Below, in pieces: positions 38,463-51,954 of a stretch of 64,000 nt of DNA. The notes under the pieces are model-generated. The model searched no databases. It saw nothing but the letters and a program-made list of their open reading frames with translations, and was not told the origin of the DNA. The stretch is from Rhina ancylostomus (Eukaryota). Within the stretch, counting starts at the first letter, position 1. The number at the start of each line of letters is the position of its first letter. Made by a program: the position numbers and the translations under genes. The DNA is taken from positions 35,033,935 through 35,097,934 of the forward strand of contig JARFYF010000022.1 in NCBI GenBank assembly GCA_030265395.1. Reading direction: 5' to 3'.

Positions 38463-39329
38463 TGGTTTTAACTGCATTTTTTTTTACAGTAAAAGGGCAA
38501 GGTAGCATTACTGCTTTCTTTTGTGGAAGGTGGGTGAGAGAAGATACTCCATTCTGCTGAGTGGAGAGTCCCAGGATTTTAACACAGCAGTAATGACAAA
38601 TTAGCAAGGTATTTTAAAGTCAGTAGAGCAAGGTTCACCTCATGGTGTTCCATTGGCCCTGCTGCCCCTGTCCTTGTAGTGAGATCATGGGTTGTAGATG
38701 TGCCGTTGGTGTGTTGTTGCACTGCCTCTTTTGGTGATGTACATTAGAATTATCATGGATTTGTGGAGGAGGGACTGATTGTGTGCAACCACTCACATTT
38801 TTCAGGAACATTGCTCCTTCCCCAACCCCTTCATTTTATCCTCATGGATCTGGCCAAATGTAGCTGGTTTTCCAGGATAGCTAAATCAGTAAGGTACTCT
38901 TCATGTTGAAGGACTTAGCGATTAAAAGCCAGTAGGAGATTAAAATTTCATATTAAGTTTTGGCCTGATAACTGCTCATCACATGATGAGCAGTCAATTG
39001 ACAAGGTTCATTCATACAACTTTGTACAACTTAGTCGCTGAAATTGGGGTGTTAACTGAAAGTTTTAATGTACACTTCAGGAGACTTCAAAATGACCCAA
39101 CTGAATTTTCCAAATTATCAAAGGAATCTTTAAAGTTGATCTAAGGAAATTTGCTTATTGCACTGAATCCTGGGTTCAGTTATCAGCTGGCACTAGTTAA
39201 CATTAAATGAAGATGAGTCAGGATGGAATCAATTCAGAGCAAAAGGTAATGCAGATGTGAATGAACAAAGGTGGGGGGGAAAGGCAGACTGTTTACATGG
39301 GTTCAATAAGTCAGATTTTGCGGGTTTAT

Positions 39330-39700
39330 CAAATACAATTCTTTATGGATTGTCAGGGTTAGATGCTGAAAGCCAAATTACCCTGGATGGGAAGCCTAGA
39401 ACTAGGGTTCATTGCTTAAAGAATAGTGGGTTCGCCTTTTAGGACAAAGTTGAGGAAAAAGTTCTTCATAAAGAAGGTTGTGTATCTTTGATGTGCAGCT
39501 CGAGGGTTCTGGATGAGTAGTTGAATAAGTATATTCAGGAGTGAAATTGATTCATATTTAAGCACTACAGGACAGAAGGATAAAGCAGGAAACATAAGAA
39601 TTGGGAGCAGGAGTAGGCCACTCCGGTTTGGAGATTTAGTAATTGCCTTGTCAAATGCCAGAGCTGACATGATGGGCCCATGATCCACTTTACCCTTTAT
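39330..39700 (+). mobile_element. Degenerate CR1 3' end
   Basis: cctagaactagggttcattgcttaaagaatagtgggttcgccttttaggac...; 'PRTRVHCLK' corresponds to CR1 'SRTRGHSL'. Confidence 0.6.
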
Positions 39701-40272
39701 TCTTAGGAAAGTGGTAGGTAAAAAAGTTACAGGCTGTTGGACCCTATAGTGATTTTGCCTGTTGCTGATACTTAATGTATTTTTAGTCAGGTATTCATTT
39801 GGCTCATTTTCCTTTCCACATTTTGGTTACCCGATTTAACCCACAGAAGTGAAAATTGTAGATTTAATTCAACCCAATTAATATAGTGTGCAACTGAACT
39901 CAACAGTCAGAAAGTCACAGATCCCAACTCCAGTTTGAACACAGCTGAAGTGATGACAGCAGTGATGCTGATTGAGTTGGAAGAGGAATAATGTGACTCA
40001 AGACCACTACCCAGAATATTCTGGAAAAAGTACATATGTGTGCATGACAAGGCGATGAGTGAAATTAGAATTGTTGAAGAGCTTGTCAATATTCACTATC
40101 CAAGCCTGCACATGAACTATACATCTGGTATAGTTCTGGGTATAACATCTGGGTATAACAGCACCCACAGAATTATATTCAACAAGGATAATGCAAGTAA
40201 GTAAAAGCAGAGTACTGGGGGGAAGAGAGTGATGTAAGTAATTAAATAAGAGCACCAATTTGGTTTATATAA

Positions 40273-40278
40273 TTTATT
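40273..40278 (-). promoter_or_regulatory. Candidate distal poly(A) signal for TMEM86A
   Basis: AATAAA on - strand at the edge of a long repeat-poor block, followed by T-rich sequence on -. Confidence 0.35.
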
Positions 40279-43200
40279 AACAGACATTAGGCTGCAACAT
40301 TAGTCTCAGGTAGAGCTGGAGTGAAATTGGTCTTTGCCTATAAACAAACAACAGCCTATCATTCTTTAGTATTGCCAATGAACAATTTCACTCCAATATT
40401 TTTAATGTCAAAATTAAGCACTTTACAATGAGAGCAAAGACAAAACCAGGATACACAAATCAAATGTACAAATGGAAGGCAAATCCCATTTAAATAATAA
40501 AATTCAGATTACTCATTACATGCACCAGGGTAACACCAACAGCATATTCATGCTCAGTTTAGTAACACTATACTTACAAATTGCCCAATAGCATTATAGG
40601 ATAGGCAAAACAGATCAACAAATCATGAAATGGTCCATTATGAAAAGTTTTGTGTCCCATTGTAAAGCAATCAATACAACAGCAATTATTGCATGGTAGT
40701 TATTTACAGCAATGCTCTGTATACAGATTCAACAATTACAAAATTGGAAAGTTTTAATAGAAATAACTTTAAAATAGGGTTACAATCTTATGCCACATTC
40801 ATACAAAAATCAATGTGCAGTCCAAAATGAGAAGAGTGGCATATAATAGGATACAACAAATCTCAATTATCTGTCTGAGTCAATACCCTGCACTCTCTGA
40901 AAATAAAACTAGGATTCTCCAGATCATTACTGTAGAACAGAAAAACCCACTTTTAGCTATTGCAAAGACCCAACAGCAATCAGTCCTGTGCTGCTAGATT
41001 CACATTCACTTAGAATTCTGCTTAATCATGCTTAAAAACTCTACCCAACTATTAAAATGAGGAATAGCAATCAATTTCTCACAACTTTGTTTTTAACTTC
41101 AGGAATTTATTGAAGTCCTACATTCTCAACCATTTCCAATATGAATGAAGTCCACAAAGTAGCTATAATTATTTACTTCCTTTTGTTTCTGTTTCTTAAA
41201 AGGTTTACAATTTTACCTTGTATGGAGAGCTTCAGTTTAACCTGAGAGCTCTTCAAAGAATATGCAGTAAGAAAGGACAGCTTTCATTCCACTTGGTACT
41301 GCTGAACAGATATCTTTCATACAAGTGTTTCTTCCTGGCCAAATAACTCCTTTAAACATTCATGGAACTTATGTTTTAAACACAATTCATGTCTATAATG
41401 CAATATTTAATATTCAGGGCTTGGCTCCCTTTTACATGCATTTATCTACCCAGTTTTTTTTAAAGAAGGAAAAGGCAAAAGAAGACTATTCAGCAATTGA
41501 GACTTGTCCCTCTAATGTTGCAGCTGAACCAGCCTAGCATCTAACTGCAATTAATACTCTGTCAGCATCTTTACCATCAAGTTCTTTGTGCTTCCCTTTT
41601 TTGAAACAAGATATGTCATCAATTTACTCAGTTAATAAATAAAACATTTTTATAATGAAGCTCTCCAATGCCCTACAGAATGTCTGTGGCCAATATATGT
41701 TACTTCAAATCAGAAATATCACATGACAATGTGAACATAAAAAATGAAAAACTGATTTGACAATGGCCTGGTCTATTTGAATATCAATTATAAAGGCAAC
41801 AACATGGGTTAAATTTCTCTCCCCATCTACCCACAAGTTCCTGAAATTAGCTGTACTATTATATAGGGACTTCATACAATGCACAAGAAAAATTAAAGAT
41901 TATGTATTTACACACGTAAATTATTTTATGGCACAGACCAGGCCAGAGTCTAGAAAATATAAATAAAACTTTATCCACAAAATAAAGTAACACGGACAAA
42001 GAGATTGTGCAGAGATTTGAAGCACTCTAGCATTCAGGTGGCCCAGTTAGGAACCTTATAATGGGAAATACCTTGAACCCCACAACTAGAATGTCTCAAA
42101 TAGACCACAAGTCATCAATGATCATACAAACATATAATTTCAATGAAGCAAGCAGCTAACACCATAAATGACCTCTGCTTACCCTTGGATAGAAAGAGAA
42201 TAACTATCAGGCAGATACCCCATATCCAAATGCTGTTCGATACCACTACTGCAAGTTTGCTTGTGGATGTAGAGTAGGAATAGCATTAGGCTGAGTAATG
42301 AAAGTCCGCTAGCATTTGGCTTCTGGTCTCATGAGTGATAAAGAATAGCCACTTGAGCAAAATACAAAGAAGATGCTGGTGCTAATAGAACCATTGCCAT
42401 TGTGAAATATTAGCTTTCAAAGAAAAATGGGAAAAATTGGAGATGGAAAACATTTCAGGAATGCTACAACAACAACTGACTTTATGGACTATCTATCCCA
42501 AAAACTAATACTGATTGGACACAGGTGTAGAGCCATTGGTGTGAAGAAAATCTGTTCAATAGCCGATGAAATAGGAACATTAATAGTTTACAGAATGGTT
42601 CAAAGCCAGACTTAAGAAGCTGTTAGACAATAGAGCAGTTATTGCGAATTTGATCCTTAAACAAAAATGGAGATGAAGACACCCCATCATGTGCACAAAT
42701 AAGTGTAATGTAACATTCACATGGAAAGGTAGAAAGCTGTACAAAAATACTTGAGTTTTACTTGTTTCAAACAAACATCATTAAAAATATTTGATATGCA
42801 CATAGCTGCCAACCTACCCACCGTAAATGCCTTTACTCAAAGCAACCTTGAAAACATGCCATTCAACCTTCTAGCTAATCAGCATCACTAGCGATAGGAG
42901 GTACAAAACAGTTATTAATCTTGCCTTTAGCATGCTCCTCAGCTCTGAACACATCCAGTCAATGTGCTCTTGGATCAGACCACATCACTTGAGTTTTTTT
43001 TAAATGGACACCTCAAGGCCAGTGGACTCAATAAGTGATCACAAGGAAAATGGATCAAGGACACTCGGGTACCCTCAATCTAGAACTGTAATGCATGTAA
43101 ACAGATAGAGGTCTGTCGTGTCCATAGAAAGGGGTGCAGAGAATTAAAGGGCAGTGCAACATAATGGATCTCTGGCCCCTTTTCCTCCCTGTTTTGTGTT

Positions 43201-46200
43201 AAAGAAACATCAATTCTTCAGCAAAATATCACAGAAAAATCACTTCTACACCAAAGTTTTGCTTGCTTTTGTATCAAATATTTCTCCTTTGCTTAGGTCT
43301 AATACTGCCCTATGTACAAGAAACTCTTTCTTAATAGATTATTGTGTACAGAAGAACTGGATTAAAAATATCACAGGGATATCATAATTCAGGCACTTAA
43401 TATGTCCATGTCAAATTTCTCTGTCCACTATTTTAACAATGGATAATAATTAATGGGTTAACACTAATTCACAAGTTGCAAAGGAATTTCATGTGATATT
43501 AAGGGGAATGGAACCAATGGGATTGCTCAGCATGGACCTTATGGCCTCCTCCTAATGGCAATAAAAGTTTTTAAAAAGTAGAGTTGGATAGTGATCAGAC
43601 TGTAGTAGTCAAGAATTTTATCCAAAAAGTGAAACCCTTTCACTGCAATATGCAGATTTTAAGTGGTCAACAAGTACAATTGGCCATAATGCCTTTCAGA
43701 GAGGGAAGTCACTTGGGGTTCCTGTGCCAAATCCATATCCAATATTTTCTGTTGTAATATGTTATGTAGGCGCTGGGCGTGGGCATTTACTTGCATACAT
43801 CCAAAATGGAAAAATACTGAAGTGCAGCCAAGGCCCAGTAACTCAACTTCAGCAAAATGCTCCATCTCCCAGGAAAGAAATGAGAAAATTACGTATTCAT
43901 GAAATAAAAAAAGTTGTTTTCATTCTGGTTCCCAATAAATTCTTGATAAATGATATGAATTAGAAAAAAAGATTATAATTTAAATTTGTTTCCCATGTTT
44001 AGATTAAATGCTTAAACATAGGCTAACACCAATCCATGAAAAAAAACATCTGCATGAATGAAGCACTTTTTTAACATTACAGAAATTCACAATGCAGCAG
44101 ATGGAATTAAATGCCTTTAAGTGTAATGATTTCCCCCACCAAGACAGGATTTCACCATTTAATCTTTCCCGGTGGTGGGGAGGGGGAGAGAGAGGGAGGG
44201 ANNNNNNNNNNNNNNNNNNNNNNNNNNNNNNNNNNNNNNNNNNNNNNNNNNNNNNNNNNNNNNNNNNNNNNNNNNNNNNNNNNNNNNNNNNNNNNNNNNN
44301 NAGAGAGATAGATAGATGTTGGGCCAAAACTCCAAGAGCACTCCATGCTTTGGAATGGGATTATAACATATAAATGGGCAAGAATGATCTCATTTTAGCA
44401 TTTCAATGAAAGGACAACATCTAGAAGAAAACAGCATTTACTCACCAAAATGTCAGGCCAAGAACATATGAACTCATTTCTTGAAGGATTTGAAATGACA
44501 ACTTTCTGACAAAGTCAACCGAACTTCCAAATGAATCACAATGACAAATTCCCTCATGCAGAACCAAACACAACTTAAGCAAAATATCTACAAGTTTCAT
44601 GAATGAAAAATGCCACGAGAAAGGATGCTATATCCACTTGATATTCCAGCTGTATGAATATTTCATCAACACCCCATTCTCAAAGAGTATCTCCTCTGAT
44701 GTCAGACAATCTTTGTCCGTACAAAAGTTGCTAGAGCTGAAATTGAGACAGCAGAGAATCATTCCCTTTTACTTTGAATAAATTGTATCTGAGCTAACTT
44801 TGATATATGGAGAGATGACTATGCCATACAACAGGAAATTGTTTCCCTTAACCCGGAATACACTGCACAAGTACCAGCATTAACACCGACATGTATACTT
44901 ACCATTCATGTTCTGATTGATCTATTTGTCTTTGCTTATACATATTGTGTATCACTCCAAAGCTACAACTTAACTGAATAGATTTTCAATAGCAGTTTCA
45001 TTAGTTCGGTGGATAAATAACATATACTGCAAGGTACTACTAACAGGGATCACAAACTCCTGAAAATATCCAAAACACAATCTCATCCACAGTCAGCATT
45101 CAGCAGTAATATAACTTACTTTCTAAACCTCAATCAATTCAACAGACACAAAACATATAGCTGTAAAGCAATTCAAAGCATCAGCCATCCTGAATTAATC
45201 TAAAAATCAATTTTTGGTGATCCGAGTCAACTAATTTAAACTAAAAGCAGAAAGGGAGATATAATCAGTCTCACTAAGTTTAAATTGTGAAAGGGGTGAA
45301 AAAATGATAAAATGTTATGAACTTGAAATACTAAGTTAGTTATTAATGCTCTCTGAACTGAAAAAAGCTGCTGTATGCAGACATGGTTGATTTCTTCACT
45401 AGCATCTGAATGTTAACTTAAAAGTCAACACTAAAGAGATCTTACATTTCACTTTTAAAATTCACAATTTCTTCTTGCCCCCCTCTCATAACCATGGGCA
45501 TTTTGCAAGAAAGTGGTTGCTGCATAACAAGAGATACTTCACATCGAGCCTCTAGCCTCTCTTAATTGTAACCAATTATATTTATCCATGGTACAGTAAT
45601 ACTGCAGTCGGTGGTCCTTTGACCTTGCTCTCTTCTTCATTTTCAGTTCCACTCTATACTCTTATCCTTCTCACATATCTTTCATTCAGATCAAAATTTA
45701 TCTGACTTTAACACATTCTTCACAATGGGCTCAATGACGTGGAACTTCTCACATCCCTCCATATTTCCCTGATATCAACATTTTAAAAAAAAACTAACAT
45801 TCACTTATTTTGTCTTTATTGCTGCTCTTTTGAGACTAGGTAATATCCTGCACTAGTTCTTCACCAAGGTTTGTAGGTTAGTGTACTTTTTGTTCAAAGA
45901 ATATGTTAGAACAGTCTTACTTTGTCTATTCTCAATCTTAAACACTTGATTTGTGGCATGTACTCCACTTTCTAGAGACAATTTTGTATACTGTGTTACA
46001 TTATGAACATAAAAACATTTTTATAAACAATTCTCTGTTCACATTAATAAACAATAGCCCCTCAGTATTTAGTCAAATAGACTGTGCTTCCTTAATGTAT
46101 TTATGACAATGCACTTAGCGCTAAGGGAAAGAAAAGGTCACTTTAGCCAGTATATTGTAACATGCACATGCTTTTTGTACATGAAGCTTCATTATCATCT

Positions 46201-47053
46201 CAAAGTCTCTTCTCTAGCACCACTGGAGACAAACCTGCAAGAGTTAATACTTCGTCCTAGCTTTACATAGTTAGAATATTCATTCCTATCACAAACTCTG
46301 TTAGAAGGATTTTTCAGAAGCTCAAGTAGACATGGCAATAAAGGTTTTACATATCCACCATTACAGTTTGCTGAAAAGCAGGCACAACACTGAGATGTAA
46401 TTAAAATTACTATTTTTAACCATCTGTGGCATGCATCTCACCAAAATTGTTGGTTAGAGTAAGTCAGCTTTTATGGTTATGATTCCATTCGAAAAACTTA
46501 AAGATTACAGTGTTATTGGTTACCCCTAAACATGCATAATTTTAAAAATCAATCATGTTATCCAAAGATTATCTACCCCTGACAGCTCAACTGATAAAAA
46601 CAAGTGAATGGCAAAGCAAGGAAGTTTCAAAGTTTGATCTCTGATCTGTCTAAGTTAAGTGATTTTAATTAAAGAACATTAATCAGTAGGTACACGAGAC
46701 AGTTACAGCTGATTTTGTGGTGTAAGAACAGTAGGCAGTTACATACTATATGGTGTTGTACAGGAAATGGTACATTACATACATGCAGTGTTCTCTGTAA
46801 CAATAACTGTCTCTATACTGACAAAATATTCTCATGACTGTATATGTTGAAATCTTCAGTTAGCAGTCTTACCTACATTTTAACATTCTTGTCGGTAACA
46901 CTGTTAGGTGATAAACATTCTCAGTTGGTGCTGAAAACAGTCCCCAAATTAAATAAGCAAAACACTGAGTGACTTATTGTGAGAAAAATAAATTAATATG
47001 AAGGAAAGCTGTGCTCTGATGAAACTTATTAAAAGGGAAGCCAAGTCCAATAG

Positions 47054-47152
47054 TCCTGATGAAGGGTCTCAACCCGAAACATCAACCATTTCTTTCCCTC
47101 CATAGATGCTGCCTGACCTACTGAATTCCTCCAGCATTTTGGGTGCGTTGCT
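47054..47152 (+). mobile_element. Penelope-derived mini-element with hammerhead-like motif and TSD
   Basis: CTGATGA-AGGG-TCTCAA-CCC-GAAAC core, followed by catagatgctgcctgacc...cctccagcatttt; flanked by AAGTCCAATAG / AAGTCCAGTAG. Confidence 0.7.
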
Positions 47153-49378
47153 AAGTCCAGTAGCAGTATTTTGTTGATTCAAAGCATCTCCCTCACCAAC
47201 CCTCATTATATACTTTTAAAAAAAGCTCTGACATTTCGGAGTTACCCACCAGCAGAAACCAGAGAAAACTGGCTTAAAACAGGTTATTTGAGAAAGAATT
47301 CCCACTGGACATTTCTTTATCTTGAATGGATTCATTTAGAAACCATGGTAAATTTGTAGTCCTAGGCGTGCAAATTGCACGTGTGCTTGTACAAAAAAAT
47401 AAATACAATAAAGGAATGTATACTGAGGAAATGACCTTCAGTTTCTGGTGTTCCTGCTTACTATGCAAGAAAAATCTACAGAGTTTAAACTTAGTCAGAA
47501 AGTTAAGTCCAAATGACCTTTGAAATTAGCAGTTTGCTCATTTTGTTAAGTGAAAAGCTATGCTGTACAAATCATTAAGGTTCAGGTTCAATTGTCAACC
47601 ACTCCCAAATTACCAATAAGTGTTCCAAAGTTCCCGGGTGCTTCTCGTTGTAAAGAGCAAAGGGAGGAAATGATTGGTATCCAGTAAGCCCTGTTGGAAA
47701 TTGAGCATGTCTAGACAATGGGTGAGGGAAGAATTGAGCCATCACAGTTGTGCAATCTTCCATCACCCAATGTATCAGCCAACACTCACTACATTAGTTT
47801 ATACTGTATATGGTTATATGATGAGATACCAGATGACATCCTTCAAACCAAATCCCACCTTGTCTCACCAGCTTCAAGATGGGGGAGGGGAGAAGAGAAA
47901 AATCACAGGAGAAACAGAACATAACATAATGATGTACTTTCAAAATAAACTGTGCACCGATGAGATGTTGTTACATTTTCATTAAGAGTTTAAATTCTGT
48001 GGAAAGTTGCATAGTAAAACCAAAGCATTGGAATTATTTTCAGAATAAATAATGAGGAGTCTCACCCATTGGCCAACACATCCCAAGTTCATGGATACTC
48101 TTTCTTCAATTGTCTGCCCATCTGTCCACATTATCTGCACTTACTCAGTAAATTACAACAACAGACATGTGTTTGTAAAATAGCACCAGAGTGCAATGCA
48201 TAAAAAGAACAGACATTATTCTCTGCACCACAGAACAGTAAAGGGTATTTTTTTTCCAATCCACAACGCTGAAAAGAGGATGTTTACTTAAGAGTAAAAG
48301 ATTGAAATGCACCTTATTTTGTAAGGGAGAGGTTCCTTCTGTTGGATGCTCCAAATGTTTTCCAGGATACGAAGCATGCTTGCACAGAAGAGCATCACAG
48401 CAAAAGGTACACCATTTTAAAAGTTGTGCAATCCACAGCACAGGAGGAAGATATTCGGCAATCAAACTTGTGCCAGCTATTCAACTGGAGTTGTCTACTG
48501 TAATCTTGTTCCTCTAATCTTTCCCTGAAGCAGTGGTTTTATTTCTTTTTAAACAAGAGGTAGGTACTGTATAATATAATCATAGCAAGAGTAGTCTCCT
48601 GGACTAGTTTGATTGCTTTAAGAGGTCTGAAGAGAATATTCTGCATTTTTTCTCCCAAAGTGGCCTGGATTTTTATGTTTTTGATCTCTCTGAGGAGATT
48701 ATGTAGATTCCAGGTGGACTGGGGAACAGATCTATTATAATACGCAAGCTATCACATTTAAGTGGGATAAACTGAATGGACTTGATCTTTTGTTGTTTGT
48801 TAGTTTTCATATCCTTGAATGTATCCTTTTCATTTATATTCTTCACTTTCAAATCTATTCAATTACCTCTAAATGCTGGTTTAATCTCTTCTCAAAACAT
48901 ACATAAATTCACAGATATTGGTTATAAAGCTTCCAAATTTTGAAAGGGCATTTAGAAATGCTGTTAGGATGCTAAATTTGAGATTAACTTGACAGTCACA
49001 GAATTCAGTTTTTTCCTATCCTGGGACCTGCTCGCTTGCTCTCCTTCTCCCACTCTGATTCTAGGGATGATAACGGAAGAGAATATGGACAATTTCTATC
49101 AAGTTATCGATGGGCAGAAACTCACTGCACAAAACTGCAGCAGGAGAAAGACCATCTCATCAGGGGTCACCCACCTCAGCTGGCATTAGCCACAGTCCTT
49201 ACACCCTCCTGACTGAAGACTGCTTCATGGAGGTAACAATGAGCTAACACAGAAGCAAACCGATGAAAATAAATCATGTGACTCTAAATCAGATTCACAC
49301 CATAGTTTTTCCAGGTTTCTGTGTCCCACTGGAACTCAGCAATACTTTCCTTGTTATTGTGCAAGGGGAGATTGTCCC

Positions 49379-49812
49379 TCAGTTCATTTTTCTGGTGTTT
49401 CTATCATTATCATCCTTGCATTCCACTGCTGACAGAGCAATGAGCATCTGGGCAGCATAGTAAGTTGCCATGATGATGGCCCGGGAGTAAGGCACAGGGA
49501 AGCAGAACTTATTGACTGCAATGGTGAGGTCAGACACCATGAAAAGCACGGCTCCAAGGCAGGCACATAGTTTGGTCCACGTCCAGAGGTCGTTGAAGAG
49601 TTGCACCCCTGCAATGGCACGCCAGCCCATGAATCCGATCAGAGCAATGTAAACTGCCACCAGGTAGGTGAAGGGACCAGAAAGGTACGGGTACAACAAC
49701 CAATAAGAGAGTCCACAGATAATCACCACCCCACAACCAGGCTCGGGGTTCATGGGCTTCATTCCAAAGGCTGAGGAGTAGAGAACGTGTGTGATGGCAA
49801 ACATGAGCAGGC
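49379..49812 (-). CDS. TMEM86A: TMEM86A (lysoplasmalogenase, YhhN family), last coding exon
   Basis: Acceptor ctcctcag|GC; GLLMFAITHVLYSSAFGMKP...LFMVSDLTIAVNKFCFPVPYSRAIIMATYYAAQMLIALSAVE...TGA; YhhN motifs (SD, TYY.AQ). Confidence 0.95.
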
Positions 49813-50524
49813 CTGAGGAGTCAGCAAGAAAAACATATAAATAAAAGGCTTTCAGTTTAAACTTGTGCAAATTAAAATGAAATAAAAAGTTCAAATTTCC
49901 AAAATTAGGAGTTAAGACAGAAGATATAATAAAACAATCTAAAATGGCTCTGCTGCTAAATAAATTTCCTGGACTCAGCCAGAACCATATTGATCAGAAT
50001 GATTCTGTTCTGTTTAGAGTGATCCTACTTGAGAAGGCAACTGGTTTTAATCACTCACAGATTAGAGAAAGAAAATTAAATCAGGGTGGTACCCAGTCCA
50101 ATGAATCCCACTGGGAAAATGTGTACCTGTGGATAATGGAGACAGTCGGGACTGTATTCACCTCTGATAAACTCAGACACAGAACATCCAAACATTGCCC
50201 ACAGTCACAATAAGTACAACAAGCATCTGAATGAGGTACCAAGAGGCTCTCAACAAGCTCAAAATCATCCACAGGGATTGTAGGATTTGAGGGAGCATGC
50301 AACAAATACAATCTGTTTTGTAGAGCTTTTGAGTTATTTAAAAATGTAAAGAGCTGTATACAGTAAATTTCACACACTTAGAACTACAAAGATGTTGGAC
50401 TAGAAGATTGTCAAGACTGTTTTATATTATTCCTATTACTACCTGAACACACTTTTAATTCACTACTTTAAGATGCTACACAGTAGAATATTTCCTAATG
50501 AACCTGGTAAATTTAAAGAGACTG

Positions 50525-51020
50525 CAGGAAATAGAACCAATTGAGCTTAAAGGGAGTGTGGAAAAGTGAGCCAGGGCACAATGAGTTTAAAGGGAGCATG
50601 GAAACTGGAACCCAGATGAGTTTAAAGGGAGCAAAACCAGGACCCCCATGAGTGAAAAGGAGTGTGGGAACCAGAGCCTCCGTTAGTCAAAGGAAGTGTG
50701 GGAACCAGGGCCCCATTGTGTCAGAGGGAGGGTGGGAACAGGGGCCAGGCTGAATTTAAAGGGAGCGCAGGAACCAGGATCCAGATGAGTTTAAATGGAG
50801 TGCAGGAACTGGGACCCTGGCAAGTTTAAAGGGAGCACAGAAAACAGAGCCCTGCTGAGTTTAAAGGAGGCACATGGATATGGGTCCAGTTGTGTGAAAG
50901 TGAGAGTGGGAACCAGATCCAAATATGGCAGAGGAGCTTGGGAATTGGGGCATCAATGTGTAAGGAGGAGCCTGGGAATCTGCACCCAATGAGTCAGAAG
51001 GAGCCTGGGAGTCAAGTGCC
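50525..51020. repeat. Degenerate minisatellite of about 35 bp
   Basis: Recurrent unit like gagtttaaagggagc(g/a)tgggaaccagggccc(a/c)at, roughly a dozen diverged copies in TMEM86A intron 2. Confidence 0.85.
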
Positions 51021-51689
51021 AAAGCATTAGGATTTCCAAATAGTTAAATAATGGATAATCAGGGTTTTACTGTATTAGCAATTATGGAGCTTAAAAGGTC
51101 TTCACTGGAAAATGCAAAGGAGCTGATCTGCCTTTTATCTCCAACTTAAGAAATTTGTTGTAGAACAGCAAACAGGAGAAGAAAATTAGTAGGCTTTTCA
51201 ATACCCACACTGTCAGTGCAGACGCTGAGATCTCCTAAGATGTGCACACGTACACTGAGATTCACTGGTATTTAAAGCAATCTATGTGCACTCCCTGAAA
51301 ATTAACATCACTAGTACATACCCACTGGAATATAACCCCGTCAACCCACACTACCTAGGATTTCAAACCATGATCACTGGGATCTCCCACAGTCAACAAA
51401 CTGAATCTCAAGCTGTCAGAAGCTGCACTCCCACCCCTCACACTCAAATTGGAATCTCACACTGCCAGTAGTCAGACACTGGGAACTCACTCCATTCGTA
51501 CACACTCTCTGAGGTCTCACACCACCTGCTTACTAGGATCACACATAATAGTACTAGCACTGGAGTCTCACACCATTGGTGTGCAGACACTGAAGCGCTT
51601 CCATTAAAAGAGCAACAAGGAATAAATTTTAATTTTTCATAATGCAACCAATGCAGCACTGCTTAAAACATGTTTGTGGAGACACTCAC

Positions 51690-51954
51690 CGTGAACAAAG
51701 TATCCTTGTTCCTGCCAGATAAGAAATGCATCCCCCAAAGCAGAAAATATCAAGCCTGCCAAGATCTTTCTTGCACTGGGATGTGTTCCTAGGAAGTTGA
51801 TTCCGTGAGCCAGCAAGAACACCCAGAGACAGAAGATAGGTAGACACTTGATCAATGCACTGAACCATGACGGACTAGAGGTTGGCAGCCAGAGGACAAA
51901 ATATACACAGGTGGCTTTAAAGAAAGGTACCAATTTAGGCCCTTCACTTTTAAC
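51690..51954 (-). CDS. TMEM86A: TMEM86A coding exon 2 (265 nt); exon 1 not found in window
   Basis: ttgtag|GTT...CACG|gtgagt; VKSEGPKLVPFFKATCVYFVLWLPTSSPSWFSALIKCLPIFCLWVFLLAHG...GLIFSALGDAFLIWQEQGYFVH; phase 1 joins to exon 3. Confidence 0.95.

Noticed and set aside
50525-51020. Regularly spaced repeats superficially like a CRISPR array
   Set aside because: Eukaryotic intron; the units are degenerate along their whole length with no unique spacers and no cas genes.
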